The notes under the pieces: model-generated
What the model saw: the letters and a program-made list of their open reading frames with translations, nothing else
What the model was told of the DNA's origin: nothing
The model's database searches: none
DNA from: Syncephalis fuscata S228
Taxonomy: Eukaryota; Fungi; Zoopagomycota
Assembly: GCA_025786725.1 (NCBI GenBank)
Contig: JAHLTZ010000002.1
Span: 372,001 to 436,000, forward strand
Length of the DNA stretch: 64,000 bases
Direction of reading: 5' to 3'
Shown here: in pieces, positions 38,357-51,119 of the stretch
Layout: each line of letters begins with the position of its first letter
How positions within the stretch are numbered: the stretch's first letter is position 1
Program-made: the position numbers and the translations under genes

Positions 38357-38522
38357 CAGTATATATATTTGATATCAAAACTACTTATTATTATAAAACG
38401 TATTATTAATACGATAACAAATGTATTAAAAGAATAAAGTCATTTGACATTAAAATCATTATTATTACTATTATCATTAAGCTATTCGTTGGTTTTATAT
38501 TGTATTTATTAACGCTCTCTTC

Positions 38523-40392
38523 TTACAATGGCTTAAATGACTTTATGCCCGAACCAGATTCTAATTGTTTTGTAGCCTTTAGCACCTGTTGAGCTGGACA
38601 TTGCTTGTCTGAATAATGAACAATAAAATCGCCTGTTTTATATTCTTGTGGTGTGCTAAGTATACTATGATCGTTGCTACTCAATACAAGAATCTAGATA
38701 ATTAAACAAATAAATAAATAGTTCAGCTATATTAATATTACAATTACCTTTTTCATCCAGTCAGATTCATTCATTACAGTACCAATTGCCCGTTGAACAC
38801 CATTGTCGCGATCATAGTACTCTGCACGTTTTTGTACAGCTTGGATAAAATTGCGAGACCATGCCGAGTTACGTACAAGCATAACACCAGGATCTACATT
38901 CTTTTCATCACCTGGTACTCGGGTAAGAATCAAGTGCTTTTCCGAAAACTTGAGTTCTTTCTGTTGTTCCCACATGTTAAATAAATCCATGACGCGCTTG
39001 GTATCATTAACAATAATGGCATCCATATCCGTCCATAGAATCCAGTCGTATTTGGGCAATACTTTTTGAATTACATCAAGACGGCCCCATCCTGGCCCAC
39101 GATGTTTATGCCGGCTTTGTTGTGCGTATTCAGCTGATCGGGCCACAAATGAATAGCCATGACGAATGGCGTAGGCGCGCTTCAACGATGCTGACGCCAT
39201 ACCTGCATCAAGCATACAATTCTCATCGAATATATGAGCTGATGTGACGACGGCCACATTAAATACACTTGTAATACGACGGCAAGTTACCGGTGGTTTA
39301 CTAGGAAACGCCTTTTGCAGCATGGTGTAATCTTCGGCAATAAATACATTGGAAACGCCCATAACATCTTTGGGCAAAGTATCAACGCTATTTTCCCAAT
39401 AGTAGATACGTTTGTCAGATATACGGAAAATTTTATCAGTATCGGCGTAGTGTTCGTAGAATTGTGAAAATAAATCTTCAGCTACTGCATCAGTGTTGGC
39501 AAGAGAGAACTGTATCAAAAGATCCGAAGTATCTGCAGCTAAAATAGCCAAATCTGGTGCACGCGTATGTTCACTGCTTAGATAAAGACGTTTGCGTTGA
39601 TCTGAAGTAATTGTACGGCCAGCTATTCCACCTGAGGCCAGTTCAACACGATACATGCCCAATCGAACGACGGTAAAGGCATCCATATACATTAAATAGT
39701 CAAATGTAACAATACGACGTCTTTCTTTAAGCGTTTTAACCTAAACACATTACACCATTCTTATATTAGATATGAATCCAATAGTTATTAAGCACTTACC
39801 CAACGGAATAGAGCAAGCTGACCCTCCCATTTATTATCGGCCTTTAATTCAAGAATATCCCCATATTCCATCGATTCAGACTGGTAATTGCGGAATGCTG
39901 CAGTTTTTCCGGTGTTGTAGGGCGTTGTTGCGGCACCTGTACGGCAAATTTGTACAAAATATCGCCATTGGCATGCATGCATGGTTGAAGATTATCGGAT
40001 ATACCAAGGAAACGTTGGCGCAATAAGCGGCGACGGTCCGAATCACGATAATCTGAGTAGATGATAAGTACTAAGCTGTAGTGACGCGGCTTTGTTGGAT
40101 CAATAACGTCACTGTTATCGGCAGTAGTAGGTGGATCCTCATTATGGCCATTGAGTATATCGTTGTAAAGTGCTTTATTTGAATCCACATAGGATGGATG
40201 ATCCGAGGGGATATCAGGCCGTTTAGGCGTCAATAATTCACTAGGTGAGTTGTTGTTGGCTAGAGAGTTTGTCTCTTTTAGTGCAGCAGGTTCTCGCGTT
40301 GAAAGATGAACCGTTAGCACTAACAAAATGACTACAGCCAATAGTGCAAACTGAAGTCTACGATTTCTGAGTAGCGTTTGTACGCTTGACAT
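38523..40392 (-). CDS. Type II membrane glycosyltransferase: GT31-like N-terminal domain plus GT34 (Mnn10/Gma12-like) C-terminal domain; 2 introns, one frameshift
   Basis: N-terminal TM; LVLIIYSD...DRRRLLRQ; C-terminal KRAYAIRHGYSF, WGRLDVIQKVLPKYDWILWTDMDAII, GVMLVRNSAWSRNF, GDFIVHY. One A missing in an A-run near 39905. Confidence 0.8.
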
Positions 40393-40734
40393 GTTGGCTA
40401 CTTCTTTGTTATATATGCGTATGTGTGTCTGTGCCTGTGTCTCTTTCGCGCTACGTGTATATACTTGTGAAATAAACAACCAAGATGACAATAATATAAA
40501 GAGTTGTAATAGCGGTCTATTAATTAAATAATTGCTTAATTAATGAGCGGTGCTTAATGGTGGAGGTACAAAAAGGAAGCAGACTATTTAATTGGCATCA
40601 TTTTGCACCTCATTCAGCGCAATAAATCTTTTTACACAATCCATTGTAATGAGTTGATTAAATTGATTAAATGTAACAGAACATTGTATTAGTAATAATT
40701 TTAAGCATTTAAATAATGAATGTGACATACTATT

Positions 40735-41170
40735 TGATTTCTTTGAAACATTTGAGGCCGATTATTGTTGTTGTTGGCTATATGTAGAAAGATTGATTGA
40801 ATATTAATAAAAGTTATATGATTGCAATTCCATGTCATTCTGCATTTGCTGCATCTATTTACAATATGGATTATTGCGTTTGAATAGTCTTTTCTATTTT
40901 CTAATATTCTACTATTGTATTTTAAGTATATTTGTGATGTAAAACAAGATTAATATAATTATTGTAAATGTCGTTTATTAAACAGCCACTTTTTCTATAG
41001 CCAATCTGACTAAATAAATGACATTTTGAACAATTAATATATAATGAAAATACATACATATATTAAAGCAATAATAAAGGCAACTAATTAATTACATTCT
41101 TGTACTAATAACTACACATTAATTAATTAATGTTGGATGTATATCATACATGGAATAGTGATGAGATGGA
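40735..41170 (+). repeat. Repeat B, left copy of a ~400 bp inverted duplication
   Basis: 40800-41140 is nearly identical to the reverse complement of 49332-49672 (scattered substitutions only); similarity decays outward. Confidence 0.95.
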
Positions 41171-41520
41171 TAAATAGAAACGTGTGAGTCAAAGTATAAT
41201 AATTTTATTTCGGTATTATGCGAAATGAATAATCAACCAGTCCGTTTTTTTCCGCACCAATGATAATGGTTCATAAATTATATATTTTTTTGGCGTTCAA
41301 CGCAGCATCACCATCACTATGACTATGACTATTGCTATTACTATTAGCGGTTAAGCTGCCCGATTTTTACATCGCCCTTTTAATAGTTTATTTTCTTTGG
41401 ATTGCAAGTATTTTAGTGGTGTAATTTCCGTGAACGGTGCTGGTCTTTGATTCAGCGATCATTGACAACAAAGGAGGTTAAAAGCGAGGCGTGTTGTGCT
41501 AAACCCCTATATACACTGTT

Positions 41521-43211
41521 ATGGAGAACACACAGCCTTCTGGATTGACTAAATTCTTTTATTCTTGGCGTAATAACTATAATGAATCCAATAGAAATAC
41601 ATTGCTGCCATCGTCATCAGTATTAGACCAAAATAACAATAGCGGCAGCCGTGGCAATAGTAATAGTAATAGTAGTACTAACGATACTTTTCAACCAACT
41701 GCAACACCACTCGCTACCATGAATGGCTTGGATAGTATAGACGGGCAATATGTGTTTGATAATCAGGTTGATCCGCCCTACGCGCGTGCACCGCCCTATC
41801 CAGCTGTTATACTTGCTGGTGGAATAGGTGGATCAACGGCCGATTGTATTATGCATAGGTAAAGTGGGGGAAAAGACGCGTTAACATGCAAACTTACAAG
41901 ATGGTTGGTAAAACAGCATCGACACAGTAAAAACAAGGATTCAAGGCCAGCCATATCCTCAGAAATATACGGGATTTATACCAGCCTATCGAACAGTATT
42001 TGCAGAGGAGGGTTTTAGGCGTGGACTATACGGTGGATGGATACCTGCTATGATTGGATCTTGTAAGTAAATTGGCAAATGGCTACTAGTAATTCTAACA
42101 AATCTACTTAGTATCTGGTACAATGATTTATTTTGGATTCTACGAATGGACCAAGCGTAATCTTATTGAGCAAGGCTCGCCGGATAGTATTGCTCATTTG
42201 GCAGCGGGCAAGTTCATTGTTATACGATACACTAAATCATAACTAATAAATATATTAATAGGTGGATTTGGTGATTTTATGGCATCGTTTATATTTGTAC
42301 CATCTGAAGTAAGCAAGCAAATATAACTATATAATATGTAGCTAATTGATTAGTAGGTTTTAAAAACGCGTATGCAACTTCAAGGCAAATATAATAATCC
42401 ACATTTTGTAAGCGGATACAACTACCACAACTTTTTCCATGCATTGCGTACAGTAAGTCATGTTCAAGTGAGCAAATTTAACAACTATTTACTATAAAAA
42501 TAGATTATTAGCGTAGAAGGGCCGATGACGCTATATCATGGGTATAAAGCTACTTTACTAAGAGACGCACCTTTCTCGGCACTGCAGTTTGCTTTCTATG
42601 GTAAGAAAAGATAAGCATCTATTCACATGACTAACGACGTGACTAAAGAACGTCTCAAGGTAATGGCCATGGACTGGCACGCGACCAGTCTATCAAAAGC
42701 AACTGAAATCATCGATACTGGCCTTCCTGCATCGACTGAACTAATTGTTGGTGCAGTCGCTGGTGGTGCAGCTGGTGGGCTTACTACACCGCTAGGTAAG
42801 TAATGGCGCCATACTGTACTGCTAATACATTCTAACCAATATCCCGCATAGATGTCATTAAAACAATGTTGCAAACACAGCAAGAAGAAAAGCCGAAGCG
42901 ACAACGCTCATCGGTAAGTTGAATGATACAACTAGGATATAAGCAACGGCTAATCAGTACTCTACTGATAACAGGCACCCGCCACTGCTACTGCTGGGCT
43001 TCAATATAGATACATCACCGGAGTTAACGATGGTTTACGGCAGATATGGCGGCAAGAAGGCATCACAGGCTTGTTTCGTGGATTTGCCCCACGTGTTTGT
43101 ATCACGTCGTTGCAGTCGGCCATCATGTTTTTCATCTACGAAAGGGCTCTGGCCCGTATAATGCATATGAACTCGACACACACGTCATCATCTGCATCAA
43201 AATCATCATAG
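41521..43211 (+). CDS. MME1: Mitochondrial carrier, Mme1/YMR166C-like
   Basis: [81 protein letters not shown]: three carrier signature repeats. Confidence 0.88.
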
Positions 43212-43617
43212 TTTTCCTGACGACCCTCTAGAACAAAGATGACATTGATGCTATCTTTTGGCTATATTTGTCTTGACAAACTAAACGACAGCGTCGATTT
43301 TTCGCCGTTCCCAAGGAACTGACATACTATTTAGACTTATCTGTTTCTATTTGCCCATCTGATCATTCAATATACTGTTTATCAAAAATTACTATATCCG
43401 TACACCTTTTCGGAGATTGAAATTATTAACATATTTTTCACATTTGTATATAAAGATGTACGGTTGCATGTGCCTGACCTGTATGCCTTTGTTCGCATTT
43501 CACCTGACCATCTAAACTTGCTTGCTAACCTTGCTCTTGCCTTGCTATCGCGCTCAACTAGTTGCTGTGCTTCATAGTCTGTTTTGTTTATACTGCTCTT
43601 ATCCAAGTTTATTAATC

Positions 43618-44020
43618 ATGGTATCTTTGATTAAATCATCTCAAGAACTCGATGCTCTTCGACAATCAAACGAAGATCGGCTAATGGCCGTGTTCTTTAC
43701 ATCGCCATGGTCAGGACCGTGTCTACGCATGGACCAATACTTCGAGGCGTTGGCACCCGACTACGATGATGTTCAATTTGTAAAGGCTACGCTGCCAGAT
43801 GTTCCGCCCCCACCAACTGTAAGTATCACTAACCATTTAACTGCTTTCTATACACTATAGCTAATGATGCTACTAAAATTTACAGAATGATTATAGCCGT
43901 GCCTACGGTGTCGAGCGACTACCGACTATACTCTTCTTTAGGCAAAGTCAGCAAGTAGGCAAGGTGGTGGGAGAATTTCCACGCCAATTGCAAGATGCGT
44001 TGACTACTTATCGCCAATAA
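43618..44020 (+). CDS. Thioredoxin-fold protein with atypical WSGPC active site, 2 exons
   Basis: AVFFTSPWSGPCLRM...VQFVK.../YGVERLPTILFF...KVVGEFP. Confidence 0.85.
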
Positions 44021-44099
44021 GAGAAATCATCGTGACTTTTGTATATTAGCGATTACCATTAATCAAATTACACACAGGCACACATGCTAATAACCAAAT

Positions 44100-45225
44100 A
44101 AAGCCATTTTATTAAACATTTAATTAAGCATTTATATACTTGGCGGTCAAATGACTACAATTGATAACATTGATGCAATTGAGCTAAAATTTGCTCTTTT
44201 GAATATGGAACTAAATGGTGAGAAATACTAAAGATAAGATCGTCAAATCGTAATATTTGTTTTGGTGATCAAATGACGAAGTTTAATAAATATTCACACA
44301 TTTGAACTAGCATTCTTTTTATTGAACATGATAGTGGGTGATGAATGACATCAGTGATAAAAATACTCAATATTGTAGATTCATTATCCAGTATGCATAT
44401 ACTCGATACACATATCATTAACAATATATGTCTATAATGCTATATATTATTATATGCTATACTGGCTAAATCATATTGCTATAGGTTTTAATTACATATA
44501 GTTTGCTAAATGAATGAGGTAAATAAAGTGGACTTTTTTAATAATGGTGTTAGAGCAAAAAGAACAAATGCAATAGATAGTACATATATACTAGACAATA
44601 AAATGATATACAATATAAAGAATCTATGGCGTGAAATGACGATTAGTCATGTTAAAGTTATTAAGCATATATGCATGAGTGAATGAGCGACATTAGTCGA
44701 CATTTATAAATAATAAAGCTAGACAAAATAAACATATTTTTGGATAGAGCAAGGCTATACGAGTATAGAGTGATGTATAGAATGATAAATGTACGGTAAG
44801 AAAGCATGTAAAACGACATCAAAGCTATAGTGTATATAGCGCAATGAATGGAGAGAGAAAAGTGTATTGGACAAACAGATGATAGAATGTACCTAGTATG
44901 TTATAAAATGGTATATAGAGGTGTGGAATATAAAAGAATGGTATATGTGAATAGAGGATATATGCATACTGGATAATGAATCTATAATGATAGTATTTGA
45001 TATAGATGTCACTCACCGCCCATCATCATGTTCAATAGGCTGGATGTTATTAAAAATAGTCATTTGACCACCAAACAAACAACAAATGTGATGATGTGAT
45101 GAATAAATAAAACTCACCACTTGTCCCCATGTTCAATAGATGAATGTGCAGTTCAACTACGCGAATGTTGTTAGATGCAGTCAATTGACCACCAAACTAT
45201 AGTAAATGATTATAAATATTAATGT
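44100..45225. mobile_element. Repeat family A, most complete copy: ~1.1 kb element with ~300 bp imperfect inverted arms (44100-44405 reverse, 44958-45225 forward)
   Basis: Left arm TTATCCAGTATGCATAT versus right arm ATATGCATACTGGATAA; each arm carries two TCATTTGACC(A/G)CCAA-type units; no credible ORF. Confidence 0.75.
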
Positions 45226-45615
45226 TTGCAAAATAAAAGACTAGCTTTATCTAATTTATAACATTATAATATAAATCAAGTAGCACAAGAGATCAACAAA
45301 TATAATAAAGTTAATTTACACCAAATATAAGTATGATTATAGAACATGTCATTAGCAGTATAAAATTGGTATACTTTAAAAGGTGAAGCAGCAATTCACT
45401 AGCTTAATTGAATATATGTAAAATTAATTAATTATTATAACATAGTTTGGAAATACGCCGACATTTGTCGGTCATGAGCGTTTACTTGCACATGTATTTA
45501 GTACACGTATGCACGGTATTGCCGCAGCAACGTTAAACATGACGTTTTTAAGGAACAAGAAAAACAAAGACAAATAGCGCGTAGTGTTGAAACAAGCAGC
45601 GATCAATATACACGC

Positions 45616-46914
45616 TTACTCGGACAACAAAGTCTTGACAAAAGCGGCAGAAGCACGCTTACCACCCTTCTTAGGCTGAGCCTTACCGGAAGCCTTAATG
45701 GCAGCGGCCTTCTCGCGACCAAGGATTTCCTGGCGACGGAATGCCTGGGCGTATGGGTTCAAACGAAGCATAGCCTGGGTGTTGCGCAATGGGTTCTTCT
45801 TCTGGCCTGGGGCGCGCTTGGTGTGGGCTGGACCGGCAGTCTTCAATGCACCGCGGATTTCCTCAGATTGGAGAAGACGCATCAAGTCTGGGTTGGTCAT
45901 GCTGTGAGCTGGCAAGTTGTAGTCGCGCTTAAGAGCGGACGACTTGCGGTAGGTACCGAAGACCTTGTCCAACATCTCGAAAGCACCCTGGGTCCAGATG
46001 ATAAAGCGACCCAAGTGACCACCTGGAGCGAGCTGGAGCAAGTTCAAGCGGCGGACATTGGCCAACTCAACACCTGGCAAGTTACGGAAGGCACGGGTGA
46101 TACCGTTATCCTCCTTGTAGACAATGAGTGGACCGCGGCGCTGACGATGACGACGGTTACGGAGCTTGCCCTTACCGGCGCGCAATTTGCGTGAGTTGGA
46201 GACCTTGACGACATCGCGGTAGGCGTTGAGCGACTTGAGAAGCTCAACAGCAACGCGGGTCTTGGTCATCGACTCAATACCGTTGGCAACAACGAGTGGC
46301 ACCTCCTCGATGCTCTCGATGCGATGACCACGGGCCAAAACCAAAGCTGGGATGGCAGAAGCAGCCAGAGCCGAGACGGTAGCATAACGCTTCTGGTTCT
46401 GGTTAAGCTTGACGTGCCACTTGCGCCAGGTCTTGGTTGGAGCAAACATACGACCGCCACGGCACATGTTACCGAAAGCAGCTTGACCGGCGCGGTGAGT
46501 ACCACCACCACCAACGCGTGGAATACGTGCTACGGCACGACCAGTACCCCAGGATTCAGCAGAGGTCTGGTGGCCAGCCTTCTCGCTGACGGCGCGAGCC
46601 TGACGCTTGTTCTTGCGCATGTTGGTGTGCACAAACTGAACAACATCAGGACGGATTGGAGCCTTGAACACAGCTGGCAAGGCAACAGTACCAGTGGTAC
46701 TCTTGCCATCTTCAGCGTGTACGTTGACAATAGGACGAGCAGCCGCGGACTATTTACAAATAAATAATATCAATCACCATTATTAGTATTATTTCATATA
46801 TCCATTAATCCGCATATTCATCCATCCATCCATCCATCCAACACTTCATTCATCAATGTATCGCGCTGATGATAATGTATTCTACCATCATATACACTTC
46901 AGATTACCTACCAT
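45616..46914 (-). CDS. RPL4: 60S ribosomal protein L4 (uL4), ATG-only first exon
   Basis: ATG/GTAGGT intron 46911-46750, then [10 protein letters not shown]...[12 protein letters not shown]...[22 protein letters not shown]. Confidence 0.98.
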
Positions 46915-46937
46915 CTCGGTTATATTTTAATTGAATC

Positions 46938-46955
46938 AAAGAGGAGGAGAAAGAA
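46938..46955 (-). promoter_or_regulatory. Polypyrimidine TCT/5'TOP-like tract upstream of RPL4
   Basis: Minus strand TTCTTTCTCCTCCTCTTT, ending ~24 nt before the ATG. Confidence 0.45.
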
Positions 46956-47079
46956 TTCAACGGTGGCGCAATGGCGTCACTCAATAGACACCACACACAC
47001 ACACACAAACCAGTAAATGACAGTTTTTTTAATATAGTTTTAGTTTTTTAATTTCAATAAAATGGAATAGGATGTATAT

Positions 47080-49163
47080 TTATGATGGCAACTTGGATAT
47101 CAATGTAGGTGTAATTCTTCGTTTTTTAGGTGCCGATGGATCCGATTGCTTAACAGTAGTCGATATCATGGAAGAAGAAGCTGTAGCAGTAGCCATAGGT
47201 AAAGTATTGTCTACTAATGTTGATGGTTTACATGGTGTAGTGGATACTGAAATTGCATATTAATTAATATAATACTTGATAAACAACAATATTTATTTCA
47301 TTTGCTTACCGTCCATTAGTGTGTCTTGACCATTTGATTGGGATAAACCAGATGTTTTGCGCTATTTCTCTTTTATCAGTATCATTATTAAATAGTGTAA
47401 ATAATATCTTACAGATGCAAATAGCGCCATTTCATCGGCTGATAATCGATCACCTAGTTCATTTTCCTCGAATACAACAAGAGAACAGTAACCATCTGTA
47501 GAGGTAAACATTAAATGCCGTCCATCGCATGACCTATAGTTATTATGTTAATATGTGTAGCAATACTACTGTAAATATTAATAAATAATACCATGATAAA
47601 TCAGTTAAAGTAGCATAGTGCATATTAGATAGAATGGCTAATGGTTCAAGCTGTTGTGTATCATATATAGTAATACTATCTTGTGATACAACTGCATATA
47701 CAAGTCGATAAGGTAGCTGAATAACCGGTGCAATATCGGGTATTAATCGATATAACACTGGGCTACAATGGACGGCCACCGATGGCTTACGCGGTGTAGG
47801 TAACTGGGCAATTGGCGTACTATAAATGGCTATTAGCGAATATAGCTAGATTAATATATTTACCTTTGCAGTTGATTACGAGCATATAAATAAGTGACAC
47901 TAGTTGGCTGTGCATCTATAGCTGTAGGGGCTGATAGACCGGCCGGTGTTATTAATAAAGATCCATCGACAGTAAAAGTTAATCGTCGAAAGAATGAAGT
48001 GAGTGTTTCATTTTCATACATAGATGCATATTTAGCAGCAGAAGCAGTTAAAGCAGTTGCTTCGTTAGTATCTGCCATTTCACTCGTTGTTGTTGTCGCT
48101 GTAGTATTATCCGTTAAGGGCAGTCTTGAATGACGACATGTTGATTTTACATTAAATTGTCCATTTGAAGTAATTTGATACCGACATATTTGTATTGTTC
48201 TGTTATTATTATTATTAATATCATTATTATTATATATTAGCCATTTTACTATCAATAACTATATTGTTGTACTACTTGCCGGTCCCCACTTTGAGTGGCC
48301 ACGTATTCACCTAATGGATCCCATGCCACACCTTGTACATAATGATGGTGGCCATAGAATGTATGAATACATCTCCCTATAATATAGCAATAATTAAAAT
48401 TAATGATTTTTATCAATTGAGCTGAATTATTTACTTACGATCACGAATATTCCAGATACGAGCCAAATTATCAATAGATGCTGAAATGATATACTGGCCA
48501 TCTGGTGACCATGCCAAATCATAGATATCTGCTGTACCTCTAAACATTATACACATCTATAATCATTATCGTTTTTATTTAGTATTAACTAACCTTAGAC
48601 TGCCTACAATCACCCATGATTCTGATTCTAGCTCGGCCTCTTCTTTATCCACGCCGAATGCTCGAGTAGGTGCAGCACTAGGACGCCATAGTAATATAGT
48701 ACAGTCTATTCATAGTATACTCATTAGATAGTCTATATAGAATAACGCTATTTGTATCTACCATCGCCTGCAGTGGCAATTAATTCATCTAATAATGCAA
48801 TAAACACATCGTTAATACTATACTTGTTAAACAGCTGAATAACTTGCCGACTGGTGAAAAACGAACTACATTCACGGCACCGGTATGTCGACTCAGTGTA
48901 CACAAATAGTCGACCTGTGGAGGTCCCTCGTTGGACTCTGACGCGACACGCCATAGCTAAAAATATTAATATCAATAATTGTGTTAGTTTAGCAAAGCGA
49001 TTTAAATAACACGTACGCGAACATTGCCATCACCACCCGACGTGGCTACGCGATGGCCAGTGTGTGGTGTGTTCTGTGCACTATTTGGCCGTTGTGGCTC
49101 GAAATGACATGAATAGATAGGCTGCCGGTCATGCCAAAGAATCTGCAGTGTTTTTGCTCGCAT
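47080..49163 (-). CDS. CAC2: Chromatin assembly factor 1 subunit B (p60), WD40, multi-exon
   Basis: MRAKTLQILWHDRQPIYSCHF, LSRHTGAVNVVRFSP, HYVQGVAWDP, YENETLTSFFRRLTFTVDGSLLITPAG, and C-terminal B-domain KKRRITPTLI. Confidence 0.93.
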
Positions 49164-49297
49164 GTCTTCGTGAATTAGCGCTGTAATTCTTATTGGAAAG
49201 AAACACCGCCACTAAAAAATAAAAGAAAGGTGCTGCTGTATTTTGACTTTTACATTTTATTTACTCATTTCACACCTTCACTTTTAAATACAATTAA

Positions 49298-49758
49298 ACA
49301 TCTATTCATCACTATAACATCTATAATATTACACCCAACATTAATTAATTAATGTGTAGTTATTAGTACAAAAATGTAATTAATTAGTTGCCTTTATTAT
49401 TGCTTTAATATATGTATGCATTTTCATTATATATTAATTGTTTAAAATGTCATTTATTTAATCAGATTGGCTATAGAAAAAGTGGCTGTTTAATAAACGA
49501 CATTTACAATAATTATATTAATCTTGGTTTACAGCACAAATATACTCAAAATACAATAGTAGAATATTAGAAAATAGAAAAGACTATTCAAACGCAATAA
49601 TCCATATTGTAAATAGATGCAGTAAATGCAAAATGACATGGAATTGCAATCATATAACTTTTATTAATATTTCAATCCAAATCTTTCTAACATATATGCC
49701 AACCAACCAAGTCCAAAGTAGAAATCTGAATCTTCAAAATGTTATTCAAAGAAAGTCA
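49298..49758 (-). repeat. Repeat B, right copy (inverted relative to 40735-41170)
   Basis: Direct reverse-complement match, e.g. CAGATTGGCTATAGAAAAAGTGGCTGTTTAATAAACGACATTTACAAT. Confidence 0.95.
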
Positions 49759-50173
49759 TTGTAGATCAGTTCTCGTTGCGCATAGGTCGAAATGACGTTA
49801 TTCTAGTGCAGACAATGCTCAAATGTTATTAAGTTATCAAATATATGTCAATTTTTATTTAAATCAATTTATTAACAATATTTTAGTAGAAAGTAATATA
49901 TGTTGTGCATCATAATGACATGACTTTGACTAGAGCAAATTTGCTTTGGGGACTCAGAAGTGGGAATTAAAGTGAAATCTAGCCATCCTTGATTTAATCA
50001 GTTAAATATCTCGGACTTTAATGTTTATTAATGCTTTTTTTGCGGACTATACTAAATAAAAGATAACATCTTGTCTCATTCTCACGATATAAAACAATAA
50101 AAATGTATTAAATAGATGCTATTGCCACACGAATATGATTTACGCACACACATTTCCTATTGAGCTTGTAAAC

Positions 50174-51031
50174 ATGCGATCCTCTTCTATTCTATTCCAG
50201 TTGGTTCATGTGGCGATGGTTGGCGCCTCTATTGCTGCCGCATCGACTGTAGCTAACCGCTGTCCAAAGAATGCTACAGCTGAGTCATTGCCACCTGCTA
50301 GCGGCACCGTTATTTGGGAGGATGATTTTACTGATGGTCAGCTAAATGAGAACCAATGGAATTATGATGTTGGTGATGGCTGTGACATCGGTCTATGTCA
50401 ATGGGGCAATTGGGAGCATGAAGTATATTCGCGTGATGGTGTACAAACAGGTGTTGATGGATCATTATTGCGAATAACGGCACGACGTACCGGTGATCAG
50501 TCATGGACATCGGGACGGATAAATACACGCGGAAAGTTTTCGTTAACTTACGGTCGAGTTGATACGCGTGTTCGTATGCCGACAATCGATGGACCATTCT
50601 CAGCTGTCTGGCTTGCTTCATTGGAGAGTCCTTATGGTGCATGGCCTAGCAGTGGTGAAATTGATTTAATCGAGTACCAATCGGCATGGAAGACTTTGTT
50701 CCAACCTGAGCAAGTCAGAACACCGGGCACGGTTCATACCAAGAATCACTACAATGGCAACTCGGCGTCGTATTGGGCTGAAGGCAACAATCCTTCGCAA
50801 TGGCATACTTATTCAATGATCTGGCGTCCGGATAGTATTGAATTTTTAGTGGATGACCAATTCCTTGGTCGTTACACGCCACCAACCATGGAGAAAGACG
50901 ACTGGCCATTTGATCGTCCATTCTACTTGGTTATTAATCTGGCTATTGAACCATATTGGGGTACCAAGGTTTCTGCTGATGTTCAGGAAATTAGCATGGA
51001 TGTTGATTGGGTTCGCGTTACACAGCTTTAA
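50174..51031 (+). CDS. Secreted GH16 beta-1,3-glucanase (laminarinase-like), intronless
   Basis: Signal peptide; WEDDF, WTSGRINT, YGRVDTRVRMP, WPSSGEIDLIE (catalytic EIDxxE), WPFDRPFYLVINLA, MDVDWVRV. Confidence 0.93.
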   Translation: MRSSSILFQLVHVAMVGASIAAASTVANRCPKNATAESLPPASGTVIWEDDFTDGQLNENQWNYDVGDGCDIGLCQWGNWEHEVYSRDGVQTGVDGSLLRITARRTGDQSWTSGRINTRGKFSLTYGRVDTRVRMPTIDGPFSAVWLASLESPYGAWPSSGEIDLIEYQSAWKTLFQPEQVRTPGTVHTKNHYNGNSASYWAEGNNPSQWHTYSMIWRPDSIEFLVDDQFLGRYTPPTMEKDDWPFDRPFYLVINLAIEPYWGTKVSADVQEISMDVDWVRVTQL

Positions 51032-51119
51032 TTTCATAAAGATCTAAGCAAATAAAAGCTCAATGATTTAATTATAGTGTTACTATTTCACCAGCCTAAT
51101 TGTGGTGTAAGTTGTGTTA

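Noticed and set aside
24465-39910. Frameshifts in OPT, heme oxygenase (~30820), UGT (~36915, ~36947, ~37482, ~37540) and the GT34 gene (~39905) as pseudogenes or programmed frameshifting
   Set aside because: Most of those inspected are repaired by adding one base to a homopolymer run (TTT to TTTT, AAAAA to AAAAAA, CC to CCC) and the catalytic motifs are intact. This is the pattern of long-read consensus deletion errors; short-read polishing would settle it.
45698-46767. Long antisense and alternate-frame ORFs over RPL4 (and similarly RPL9)
   Set aside because: Expected shadows of strong codon bias in highly expressed genes.
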